From a virus: DNA of 64,000 bases. Positions 48,335 through 59,400 of the stretch are shown one piece after another; position 1 is the stretch's first letter, and every line of letters begins with the position of its first letter. The notes beneath the pieces were generated by a model, which saw only the letters and a list, made by a program, of their open reading frames with translations, was not told the origin of the DNA and ran no database searches. The translations under genes were made by a program, and so were the position numbers. The DNA lies in IMG/VR virus record IMGVR_UViG_3300027503_000002; one strand, written 5' to 3'.

Positions 48335-48360
48335 TTTACACTTTTTATATCAGATGTAAT
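48335..48360. promoter_or_regulatory. divergent pair of putative late promoters
   Basis: TTTACAC (minus-strand GTGTAAA, 48335-48341) and TGTAAT (48355-48360) between divergent genes. Confidence 0.55.
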
Positions 48361-48379
48361 ATATAGTAAGGTAAAAGGT

Positions 48380-48676
48380 ATGACGGGCAAGGACTATTTA
48401 AATGACAGGGTAAAGGTTAATACTTCTGATCTTTTCAAGCGTATGCTTGGAATCCTAGAAGATATTAAGCACGAACACGACCGTCAATTTGCAATATTGT
48501 ATTCTTCGGCTCCCGATTCCTTCAAGCCTGTAGTCAAACAAGCCAATTATCTTGATGAAAATCAAATGGCTTGGTTAAGAAAAAAAGTTCTCGATATGGG
48601 CAATGAATCCATTCGAAAAATGACTACCGAAATGGATTTGATCCATATTGAATTTCATCACACATTTAAACAATGA
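48380..48676 (+). CDS. hypothetical protein
   Basis: First gene of the chaperone/tape-measure operon. Confidence 0.6.
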   Translation: MTGKDYLNDRVKVNTSDLFKRMLGILEDIKHEHDRQFAILYSSAPDSFKPVVKQANYLDENQMAWLRKKVLDMGNESIRKMTTEMDLIHIEFHHTFKQ

Positions 48677-49404
48677 AAGAACTATTCGACTTCACAGTCA
48701 AAATTAATAAGGAAGTAGAAAAAACCGAGACCCGTGAGGAAGATGGCAAGACTATCACGGTCACCAGTAAAGTAAAGGAAGACGTTCCTGTGCGGATAAT
48801 CTTCAAACAACCATCGCGCCGTGATACTGAAGACGCGGAGATTCAATTTAGCGTGGAGATGTCAAACTGCATTAAGAAGGGCATTTTGACAAAAGGAATG
48901 TTAGTTAAGAAGTACTCTGATACCGGAGGCATCTTCTCCGAAGATGATGACAAGCGTCTGACAGCAATGTACATTGATATGGCAAAAATGCAGAGAGAGT
49001 ACGTTGCTCTTGAAAATGGTTCGGCAGAAGAGAAAGAGCGTGCGAATACAATTCTGGAAAAGCTTGCCGCAACAAGAAAGGAGATGGTAGATCTTGAGTC
49101 TACATATCTTAATCTTTTCAACAATACCGCAGATGTAATTGCACAGAACAATCTAATTCGTTGGTTCTGTGTTAACCTTGCTTACAAGCAGGAGCAAAAT
49201 GGCAAGATCGAGCCGCTTTTTAACGGTTCGACTTACGAGCAAAAGCTTGACAATATGAGAGACCTTGACGAGGCAGAAGACCCTCTTTATCAAGCTACTT
49301 TCAGAAAGTTAGCCACATTTGTTTCTTTCTGGTATTACAGCAAGAATGCGACCAAGGAAGATTTCAAAAAGCTAGAGAAAGATCTTGAAGAAGGAAAGTA
49401 TTAA
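48673..49404 (+). CDS. putative tail assembly chaperone
   Basis: Position two genes before the tape measure. Confidence 0.5.
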   Translation: MKELFDFTVKINKEVEKTETREEDGKTITVTSKVKEDVPVRIIFKQPSRRDTEDAEIQFSVEMSNCIKKGILTKGMLVKKYSDTGGIFSEDDDKRLTAMYIDMAKMQREYVALENGSAEEKERANTILEKLAATRKEMVDLESTYLNLFNNTADVIAQNNLIRWFCVNLAYKQEQNGKIEPLFNGSTYEQKLDNMRDLDEAEDPLYQATFRKLATFVSFWYYSKNATKEDFKKLEKDLEEGKY

Positions 49405-50374
49405 CGAAATTGATTTATTCTTGGCGTTCTGCCAGATAGTAGAGGGTTGCTCTGAGAAGGTTTTCTTGGGCAACCCTGTTTTTATTAAACATATAACTAT
49501 TAAAGAGCGTGAATTCTTTAATAAGAAATATAAAGCTTATCTAGCTCACGCCATATCTAAGGGGCTTCCAAAAGAAGACGACGCCTTAAAAAAGGCAATA
49601 GAGGACGAGTTATGGTCGCAGAAAGAGGACGAAGAGATTAAAGTGTCAGAAAAATATATTGAAACACTTAATATAACCAGAAAAAAAGTATTTAAAAAGC
49701 TTCAGATTGATGAAATTGAAAAAAATATAAGGGAAGAAAAGGAAAAGGTCGCCAAAAAACTTGCAGAAAAAAAGCAAATCTTGGGAAAAACTGCCGAGGA
49801 TTATGCATCTAGTAGAGCTAGTGACTATCTGATATATAGCTGTTTTTATAAGGACAAGGAATTAAATCAACGGTTTTTTTCCGAGCAAGAGTTTGACGAA
49901 ATATCAAACAAAGAACTTGAGGAGTGTATTTTGGTTTACAATAGTTATTTTAACGATATTTCTGATTTAAATATTCAACATATTGCCATTTCTGACTTTT
50001 TCCATCCAAACTATCTTGTTTTAGATCATCCGATGGAGCTTTTTGGAAAGCCGATGACAAAACTTTCCGAAAATCAAATTAGGTTGATAATTTATGCCAA
50101 AATATTTAAAAATATATTTGAGACTGTAGAGCATATTCCAGAGGAGATAAAAAAAGATCCAGAAGCGTTATTGCAATATAAAGACAAGAATCAGGCTCAA
50201 AAAGAGTTCGAAAACAAAACAAAATCGAAGAAAAAAGGCAATGTTGATGGTGCAGAAATGGTATTCGGAGCTACAAAAGAAGAAATAGGAAAAGACACTA
50301 AGACCTTGAAAGATGTTATGAAGGATAAAACATCTCTTTCAATGGAAGACTTGATGAAATTGCACGATAAATAA
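49385..50374 (+). CDS. putative tail assembly chaperone (second)
   Basis: TTG start overlapping the previous gene; immediately upstream of the tape measure. Confidence 0.5.
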   Translation: MKKESINEIDLFLAFCQIVEGCSEKVFLGNPVFIKHITIKEREFFNKKYKAYLAHAISKGLPKEDDALKKAIEDELWSQKEDEEIKVSEKYIETLNITRKKVFKKLQIDEIEKNIREEKEKVAKKLAEKKQILGKTAEDYASSRASDYLIYSCFYKDKELNQRFFSEQEFDEISNKELEECILVYNSYFNDISDLNIQHIAISDFFHPNYLVLDHPMELFGKPMTKLSENQIRLIIYAKIFKNIFETVEHIPEEIKKDPEALLQYKDKNQAQKEFENKTKSKKKGNVDGAEMVFGATKEEIGKDTKTLKDVMKDKTSLSMEDLMKLHDK

Positions 50375-50410
50375 TATAAATTCTGTGTAAATAACCTCAA
50401 AGGTTAAAGG

Positions 50411-53400
50411 ATGGCAAAAGGAATCACAGTACCTGTAGTCCAGTCGGGTTTAGAAGCCTCTATCGAGGCGGCGGCCAAAAAAGCTGGACCGCTGACTCTT
50501 TCTGCGTCTGTTGATCCTGGTTCCTTTAAAAGACTAGCCCAGCCTCTTGGTAGAGTAAGCGGTCTGGCAACAGAGTTCGAAAAGTCAATTGCCGCATCAA
50601 ATGCGCGTGTTATCGCATTCGGCGCTTCTGTAGGTATCATCAATGGCGTACAAAATGCTTTTGCTACGCTTGTTAAAACAACAATTGAAGTTGAAAAAAG
50701 CTTGGCTAATATTGCCATTATTAGCGGAAAAACTACTCAGGAACTTGAACCATTTTCCAGAGCGCTTTTTGAGATTGCCAAAACTACCTCGCAATCTTTC
50801 CAGACAGCCTCCGAGGCGGCACTAGAGTTCTCTAGACAGGGCTTGGGTCTTGAAGAAACGCTAAAAAGAACTCAGGACGCCCTTACTCTTACTCGTTTCA
50901 CAACTTTAAGCGCTGCTGAAGCCGTGGATGTACTCACGGCTGCGGCAAACTCTTTCGGAGCAACTGGAATTACAACTAGCGAGATTCTGAATAAGCTGGT
51001 TGCCGTAGATACTAAATTCGCAGTCTCTGCTGAAGACTTGGCTAAAGGCTTGTCCCGTGCTGGCTCGATTGCTCAAGAAGTTGGCGTTAGCTTTGACGAA
51101 TTAAATGCCATCGTCACAATTGCACAAGAAAGAACTGCGCGTGGTGGCGCGGTAATTGGTAACGCATTCAAGACAATTTTCACCAGAATCAGATCAGATG
51201 AAACTATCAAAGCATTGCAAAGCATTGGTATCTATTCATTTGATGCCGAAGGTAGACTGAGGCCGGTTGTAAGTCTTCTTGAGGAATTGGCTGGGAAAAT
51301 TAATACCCTTAGCGAAACCAAGAGAATCGAAGTTCTTGAGGCGATTGCTAGCAAGTACAACATCAACGTTTTGACAGCGCTTGTTGACGACTTGGGCTCA
51401 ACAGCGAGCAAGTTTAGAGAGGCGAGAGATGTTTCTGCGGGCGCGCAAAGCGAGGCATACCAGCGTCAGATTGAACTCAATCAAACTCTAGATGCAGTTA
51501 TCACAAGAGTTACAAATTCAGCCGCTCAGCTTGCTGATACTCTTGGCAGAATTGGCGTTACTGACAGCCTTAAGTCGCTTTTAAACTTTTTTGACAACAT
51601 TCTTACTGGGATTAATGACGTTATCGATTCCGAAGGAATTGGCGGCACTATTGCTAAAGGTTTAATTTCTGGACTTAGTGGAGTATTTTTCAAGATCGGC
51701 ATTCCTCTTCTTCTTGCGATATTCGTTAAGCTGACAAAAGACATTGCCCAATTCGGCACTGAGTCACTAAAAACTATCTTGGGAATCAACAAGGAAGTCA
51801 GGGAGCGCCAAGCTTTGGAACAGGCTGTTGTTAATACGCTGATCAAGGATCAGCAAGTAATGGCGACAATCCTGTCTCTAAGCGGAGATCGCAGAAAGCA
51901 AGAAGAGTATTTACTTTCTGTTTACAATAGGCAGTTAGCGGCGCTTCAGCAAGTACAAAGCATCGCGGCAAATGTTGCCCCTGCACTACAAGCCGCTGGA
52001 CTTAGCGCTACATCTGGAACGATTAAAAAGAGAGCGGCGGGAGGTTATCTGCCAGCAGAAGAGGCGAAAGATGTGCGTCGTGGAGTTGGTGGGGCCAGCC
52101 CTTCTTCTAAAGTCGTAGAGATTCCAAACTTCTCGTTTGGCGGCGGTAAGCGTGGCACGATGGTAGCAAATACCAGCGAATATATTGTGCCTAATTATGC
52201 TGGTGGTAGCGGTACGGCTATCTTTAATCAGGATATGGCGAAGGAGTATGGTCTACCGCCCGGAGCTAAAAAGATTACAGCTTCTGGTGGATTTGTGCCT
52301 GCTAATGGGTTTGTACCAAATTTTGCGGCTAAAAAATTCAATGTTTTTGATCAAGCAAAGGCTAAAGTTAAAAAAGATCAAGAGCCTATAGACTATGTAG
52401 ATCTTGATGGAATACGCAGGTCTGCATATTTAACTTTGGATGCATCAATTGATCCGGTAGGAAGATTTTCTAAATTACAATCTTCAGCGCAGCAGAAATT
52501 AACTGAAAAACTAGGACCAATCGCAGAAAATGCTAAAATTGTTCCTGACCAAGGATCAATTGAATTTGTACAAATTAATAAAAGCTTGCAAAGAGATGAT
52601 TTAGTTCAAAAAATTCGTGAAACTAAAAACAAAATTCAAGCTAATCCAAAAGCTAAAATAGATAAGGATATTGAGGATATTATCCAGTCTATTTTGCCAG
52701 AAACAAAAGGTAGTGTTGACAATAATCTTAAAGCTGCCGTCAAAACAGAACTTCAAGTTCAGGGGCCAGCAGCATTTAGGTCTGGAAATATATTAGAGGA
52801 TATTTTGTTCAAAAAAATTACTGGAACGATAGAGGGAAGAAATAGCAAAACTTGGGATTTGCCAGCAGAACAATCTGGCGCTTTTAAAAGCAGATTTGGG
52901 TTCAAATCTAAATTTGGAGACATAAAATTAGGTTCGTCAACAAGTAGTATTTCGTCATTCATTGGAAAGCATATCATTTCTCCAACGGGTCAAAATGCAT
53001 CGGGGGGCTACATTCCAAATTTTGCGCGCTACGTTTATGACGCTGACAGAGTTGATGCAGATAAAAATAACCTACTAAAGGCTATTTTAGCTTCTCGCGT
53101 CAAGAAGAATTTAATAGTTGGACCAGCGGGATCTGGTAAGTCAACTTACGGGGAGTCTCTTGGTTCATTTATAACCAATATTGCCCAGTTAACAGACGCC
53201 AGTGAGATCGATATTCTTTCAGGCGCGGCAAGAACAAAAGATGGCGGCGTTTCTAAAAACTTCCAGCAAATTTCTGATGCGGTAAATGCATCTGGAGGAA
53301 AGATCTCTTATTTGTACACTGGCAATATGGACATTCTGTCCAGAAGAACTGGAAGAATCGCAGAGGGTCCAAAACAAGGCGATCTCAGAAGCAAGAAGCA

Positions 53401-56400
53401 AATTGCAGGATCGATGTTTGCTCCGCTTAATCAGTTTGATTTTATTTCAAAAGTAAAAGGCTCTGCTAAAAACTTTGAGATGATTCGCGGCGCCAAGGGA
53501 TATGTTCCAAATTTTGCCGATAAAAAGCCAGCGACAATAAAGGGCGGAAAGGTTGATAGAAAAACATATACGGGACCAAGAGCGCTTGTTAGCGCTCAGG
53601 GTATAGCAGGCATGATTGTTCCTGACCAAGCTAATCAGGAAACAATGACTAATTATCTCAAGAAAAATCCTTGGGGCTTCCAAACAAAAGAAGACGTATA
53701 CCTTCCTCCAGAAAATAGTCTTATAACTAATGTAAGGTACAATACTTACGGCTTGAATGAGCAGGCGTTTGAAGGACAGGCTTTGAAGAAAAGCGGAACA
53801 CAAACCTTGATTGAAGCTGATGTTGAAAAAGCTGGCATAGAGATAGCGAAAAAATGGGCTACAAAATATTCAGATGAGTATGCGAAAAAGATGCCTGGCC
53901 GTTCAGTTAAAACTAATTATGATGAAAATTTTATCCGCACATCCTTTACAGAATCAGAAGGCGCCGTCTCGGCAATCTCTACTTTAGGAGGCGGTATATT
54001 TGAGTCTTCTATTAGGGCAGCTTTAGATACTCAAGTTGGACAAAGAATAGAAAAAGCACAAAAAGAAGATTCAAATAACAGGTTAGATTTCCCAGTTAAT
54101 CCATTTCTTAAAGAATTATTTGGTATTGGCGGTGGCGAGCAATTTGTAGATGCAAAGATTTCAGGAAGCCCCGGTTCAACAGGAAGAAAACTAGCTGATC
54201 AAATTGTTGCCGCTCAACTTTATAAACCATACAAAACTGTCAAGACTGCCGCAGCAGAAGGCTATATTCCAAATTTTGCACAAAAGAAACAGCAGTCTAT
54301 CTTGGCCCCATCTGGACAGTTCTATGACCTTGATACCGCTGACGCATTTCTTGCTGCATCTAATGTAAATCTTGAAGCCAAGCCATCTGCTCCAAAGGGT
54401 TTAGGGGATGAATTAAAGAAGAGAATTCTAACTTCAGCTAGAAGAGTTTATGGACCAAATGCACAGATTGGTATTTCAAGATTGCCGGGCAAGAGAGAGG
54501 CTTTCACTTCAACAGTACTGGCAAATCCAGCTTTAGCTGATGACTTCATTGCCTTGCAAAAAGCAACAACTGGTGGCGTTGGACCAGAGTCCAACACTCC
54601 AGAAGCTCTTGCAAAATTTAATAATCCAACGCCTTTTGATCCAACTCCTTGGCCAGCAGTAAGAGCGGTTGGCGGCAAAACTCGCTCGATTAAGAAGGTT
54701 GGGCCAAGATCTTTGAATGCCGCAGCGGGCTACATTCCAAACTTTGCAGATCTTTTTGTTGATTACGATTATACTATTTTTGGACAACAGCTTGGCAAGG
54801 CAACTGATTTTAATGCTCAAAAAGCATTAATTAAAAATATTCCAGAAGACCAAATGACTGAGCAGGAGCGCCAAGCTCGCGATGCTCAAATGAAGCTTTT
54901 GACTCCGTTTGGTCAAAAACTTCTGCAATCGAAGAAGCCTTTCAAACTTGCAACGGCAAGATGGAATGATTATCAACCTGGTATTGAATCCTCTTTGAAG
55001 GGTTTAGGTTTTAATGTTAATGGTGTTTTCGCTTTGGGCAGAGAGTTCTCTGAAGAGCAGTACAAGGTCGATAACCCCAAGTTTGCAGAAGAGATGAAAA
55101 AGCCAGAGGGTGAAAGAAATACTAGAGTAAAACCTAAAATCGATCCATCTGCTGCCCAGAAAAAAGCGTTGTTTTTTAAAGAGCGTGCGCCGAAAATTGC
55201 TACAGGCGATATTGATTTTGTAGATAATGATCCAGCGAACTTGCAAGCAGTAAAATCGCTGATGCCGAAAATAAATACGTTTACTCCTGATCAGTATGCG
55301 GCAAAGCTTTTGGCCCCACAGCGAGTAAAAGGAACAAAGGCTTCGCTGGGATATGTTCCGAACTTTGCTGATAATGACCCATTAAAAGAAGCTGTTAATA
55401 GAGAAGTTGGTGCTGGCGTGCCGCCCGCGCGCGTGCGCGTGACGCAGGATGAAAGATTAAAGAACTCAAAAAACCCAAATGGTCTCGCCGTTATCAACAC
55501 CAGAGACGAGCCAAATGGCAAGATTCCAAATGATTTTAGAGAAAGAGGAATGCGCGCGGCTATGGGAAGTAGAGGGTTTGTACCAAATTTTGCAGATCTT
55601 AGTACAAAACAAATTAAAGAAATTTTAGGCAAGTCTCCAAATCCAATAAGTGCAGAACGGTACACAGGTGGTGAAGGTTTTGATTACGGGGTTCAAACTC
55701 AAAAACAAGGAGATCAGAAACAGGAAGCAAATGATGAAACAAAAAAAATTGATATTGGCAAATTCCTTGTTCTTCAGACCGCAATAGTTGGAGCTACATC
55801 AGCAGTTCAGGCGTTCACAGAAGAAAATAGTAACGCGGCAAATGCTTTAGAAGGTGTAAACGCCGGTCTTTCTGGACTTGCAACATTCGCATCTTTAGCG
55901 GGAAGCGTAAACATACCTCTTAGAATATTTCTTGGTTCGTTGACGGCTTTAGCTTCCGCCGCTCCTTTGATCAGTAGAATTTTTGAAGCTCAAAAAACTC
56001 CCGCCGAAAAAGCTAGCGAGGCTTTAACAAAACTGGCTAGAGAGGCCGAAAGAACTGGTCAAAAACTCACGCCAGAAAATATTTTAGCAAAATTAACAGA
56101 AGGTCGTGCTGAAGGTAAACAAAAACAAGAGGCTGTAAAAGTTTCAGATCTTGTAGAAAAAGCAATAACTAGTACACAATCTGTTGGATTTCCAGATATT
56201 TCTAAGGACTTGATAAAACAAATAAGCGCTGTTCTGTCTGCTACTGGAAATATAACAAGAGATCAAGAGGGCAAAATCACTGGAGTTGATACGGACGCAA
56301 TTAATAAAATTTTTGCAGGGGTGATCACAAAGACAACTGAACAAGGATTAGCTAGTCAAGATTTTATGGGAGGGGTTCAACCTGGTGTTGAGCGCACAGC

Positions 56401-59400
56401 AGTAAATGAAAATTTATTGCAAGAAAATGTCATTGATCTTTTAAACGATCAAATTAAAAATGAGAAACAAAGACTTTCAATTAGACAAGAAGGTCAAGTC
56501 TTAGATAAAGTTCAACAGGCGCTTTTGACTAGGGATAATGAACTACTTTTGTCTAGACAAAAAGCGCTTGAGTCTATTTTTCAAACACAGTTAAAAATAA
56601 ATGAAAAATATAATGAAGAGTCTTTAAGAATTGAAGGCTTGTCTGCTGCACTAGAAAGAGAGAAACAGTTTAGAACAGAATCTTACACAATATCCCAAAA
56701 AGCAGCCTTAGATAAAGAAAAAGCAGAAGCGGAATATAATAAAACTGTGGCGCAGATCGCGCTTGATTTAAGAAAAAATTTAGGCGCTGGGGCTAAAGAA
56801 TCTGTGCTTGGAGGAACTCAACAGGTTCAAGACTTTTTAGGCAATTTAGATACCAGTAAATTACAAGGCTTAATTGATGGATATGCCAATGCGCTTAAAA
56901 CTAACGAGCAAGCTTTAAAAGATGGTACAGTAAAAATTGATGACGTTTTTGGTTCAGTTTGGTCAAAATTTACAGAAGGACTTGTTGGCGTTCCTCCAGA
57001 ATTAAATAACTTAATACTGGGTTCAAAAGAGCAGTTTTTAGCTTTAGTAAGATCAGCTTATGAAACTAAAGCGAATGCCGATCAGACTAGAATATTAACA
57101 AATACGCAGATTGATTTCGCCGCAACAAATTCAGAAGCTAATACAGAACTTAGAAAATTACAAAGCGCATACAAACAGAATAGGTCAAGACTGGCGTACT
57201 TGAATAGCCGCAATGACGGAAGCGAAACTCAAGATATTACATCTGATGAAGCTGCGGCAGTTGAAGAACAGTTAAATATTCAAAGAGAAAAATTAATTAC
57301 TTCCATACAAGACTTGGAAATTGCTAATGCGGAAGAAATAGCCCTGCTTCCAGAAAAGAAAAAAGCTGATTTACAAAGAGTCCTAATTACCAACGGTCAC
57401 GCAAAATCAATTCGTGAATTAACTGGAATCGATCAGGCAGCGGCAATTGCAGCTTCAAATCTTAGTGAAGAAACTGATAAAAGAGTATTTCAGTTAAAAA
57501 CTGACGCTAAAAATGCAGAACTAAAGCTTAATACAGATAATAATTTATTAAATGCAGAAACAGACTTGATCGACGCCTATAATCAAGCCTACAAAGGCAG
57601 TATCCAAACTGAAACTGTTGCAGCTAAATTAAGAAGTGCTCAATCAAAATTGACAAAATCCGAGTCTGATAAAGATGATGAATTACAAGTTCAAATTGCT
57701 CTTATACAGCAAAATTGGAAAGGTGAAAGCAGAGATATCCAAAGAAAGACTGAGCTTTTAAGAGAGCAGAATAAAAAGATCAGTGTAACTCAGCAAGCCA
57801 TACGATTAGAAGAGCAGTTAAATCTTGAAGCTGAACAGTTAATTGAAGCTAGAAGAAAAGCCTCCGCAGCGCTTTCAGAAATCAATCTGACAAAAGCGAT
57901 TGAAAATCAAATTACTTCCGCTGGAACTGCAAACATTCAGGAAATAACAAAAACAATAGTGCAAGGCCGAGCTTTAACACAAACTGGAGTACAGTCTAGT
58001 TTTGAGCAGCAGGCAAGAGCTTCGGTTTTTGAAAGAAGAATGGCTGGAAGAACAGAAGTTGATCTAAGAGAGAGTACTAATATTCTTAGTGGGAGAGACA
58101 ACTCCATTCAGCAAAATTTACAAATTCAACGAGGCGTTCTTCTCGATCAGGCCGAAACATTCCAGCAAATTATTGGTAATCAGACACCAAAACTGTTTGC
58201 GGATGGAATGGCGGAAGCGATGCAGGCTGCTCTTAATCAGGCAGATGATCTTGGTGGCGCATTAAGAAATGTTGCCCTTAACTTCCTAAAGAGCCTTCAG
58301 AGCGCATTTTTACAAAGTGCTTCAAGACAGATTGTAGCTTCTATTCTGCCAACAGGCGCGGCAAAGGGTGGCTATGTAAAGGGTTACGCAACTGGTGGTC
58401 TTGTGACTGGCGGTAGCGGATATAAGGATGATGTGCCAGCAATGTTGAGTGAGGGTGAATATGTAATTCGCAAGTCTTCTGTTAAAAAGTATGGCGCATC
58501 TAATCTACAAAAGCTAAATTCAGGAGAAGCTCCTAAGTTTGCAGCTGGTGGCATTTTCCTACCCGGTATTCGTGGCCAAACTGAAATTTCAGGCTATAAG
58601 GATTTAACCGCTTTTGCTAAACAAACAACAACAAGCGGCGCAACAGATGTATTAGCTGGCGGCGCAACAACCGCTTTTGCCAACCTTGAAGATCAAAGCT
58701 CAAGACTTTCTGCTTATGCTTTGATGAGAGAGGATGACACCATAAATCAGGAGATTCGCAGCGCTCAAGAGCAGGCTATGAATATAATGGCCGAAAGAGA
58801 AGCTTACAGAACTGCTGAAAGAAAAGCATTTCAGAAACAGCTTGTTGGAACAGTAGCCTCCGCTGCTTTAAGTTATGGAATAAATGCTGGGGTTGGAAAA
58901 TTAGGAAGTCTATTTAGTGGTGCGGCAGCGGCTGGAAAGGGTTCCGCTACTGGATTAGGTTTAATGGACCAAGTTTCTGGCAAAACTCAATTTTTGACAA
59001 ATGCGAAGCCTTTTAGTTTTCAATCTCCACCAGCATTCAATTATAGCTTTGGCCCAACAAAGGCTTATGGTGGAATGATCAAGCGTTACAACGCTGGCGG
59101 TCCAACAGACGATATTCCCGCACTTCTTATGGGTGGCGAGTATGTAATGAATCGCCAAGCAACCAAGAAATACGGTAAACAATTCTTTGATTCGATCAAT
59201 CAAGGCCGCGCTCCAAGATTTGCTGATGGCGGTCAAGTTTCCACCGCAGAGCCAAGCTTCGCTGAGAAAGCGGCGACAAGTTCTGACTCTAAAGCCGCAG
59301 GAGCTACAAATGTTAGCATCAATATCAATGTAACTGGCGGAACATCAGATACCCAGACTCAGGGTGATACCAAACAGGGCGGCATTGACTACAAGAAGAT

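Noticed and set aside
49360-49404. Programmed -1 frameshift between the tail chaperones
   Set aside because: The second ORF is in the +1 frame, that frame has a TAG at 49373, and no complete slippery heptamer was found; a TTG start is simpler.
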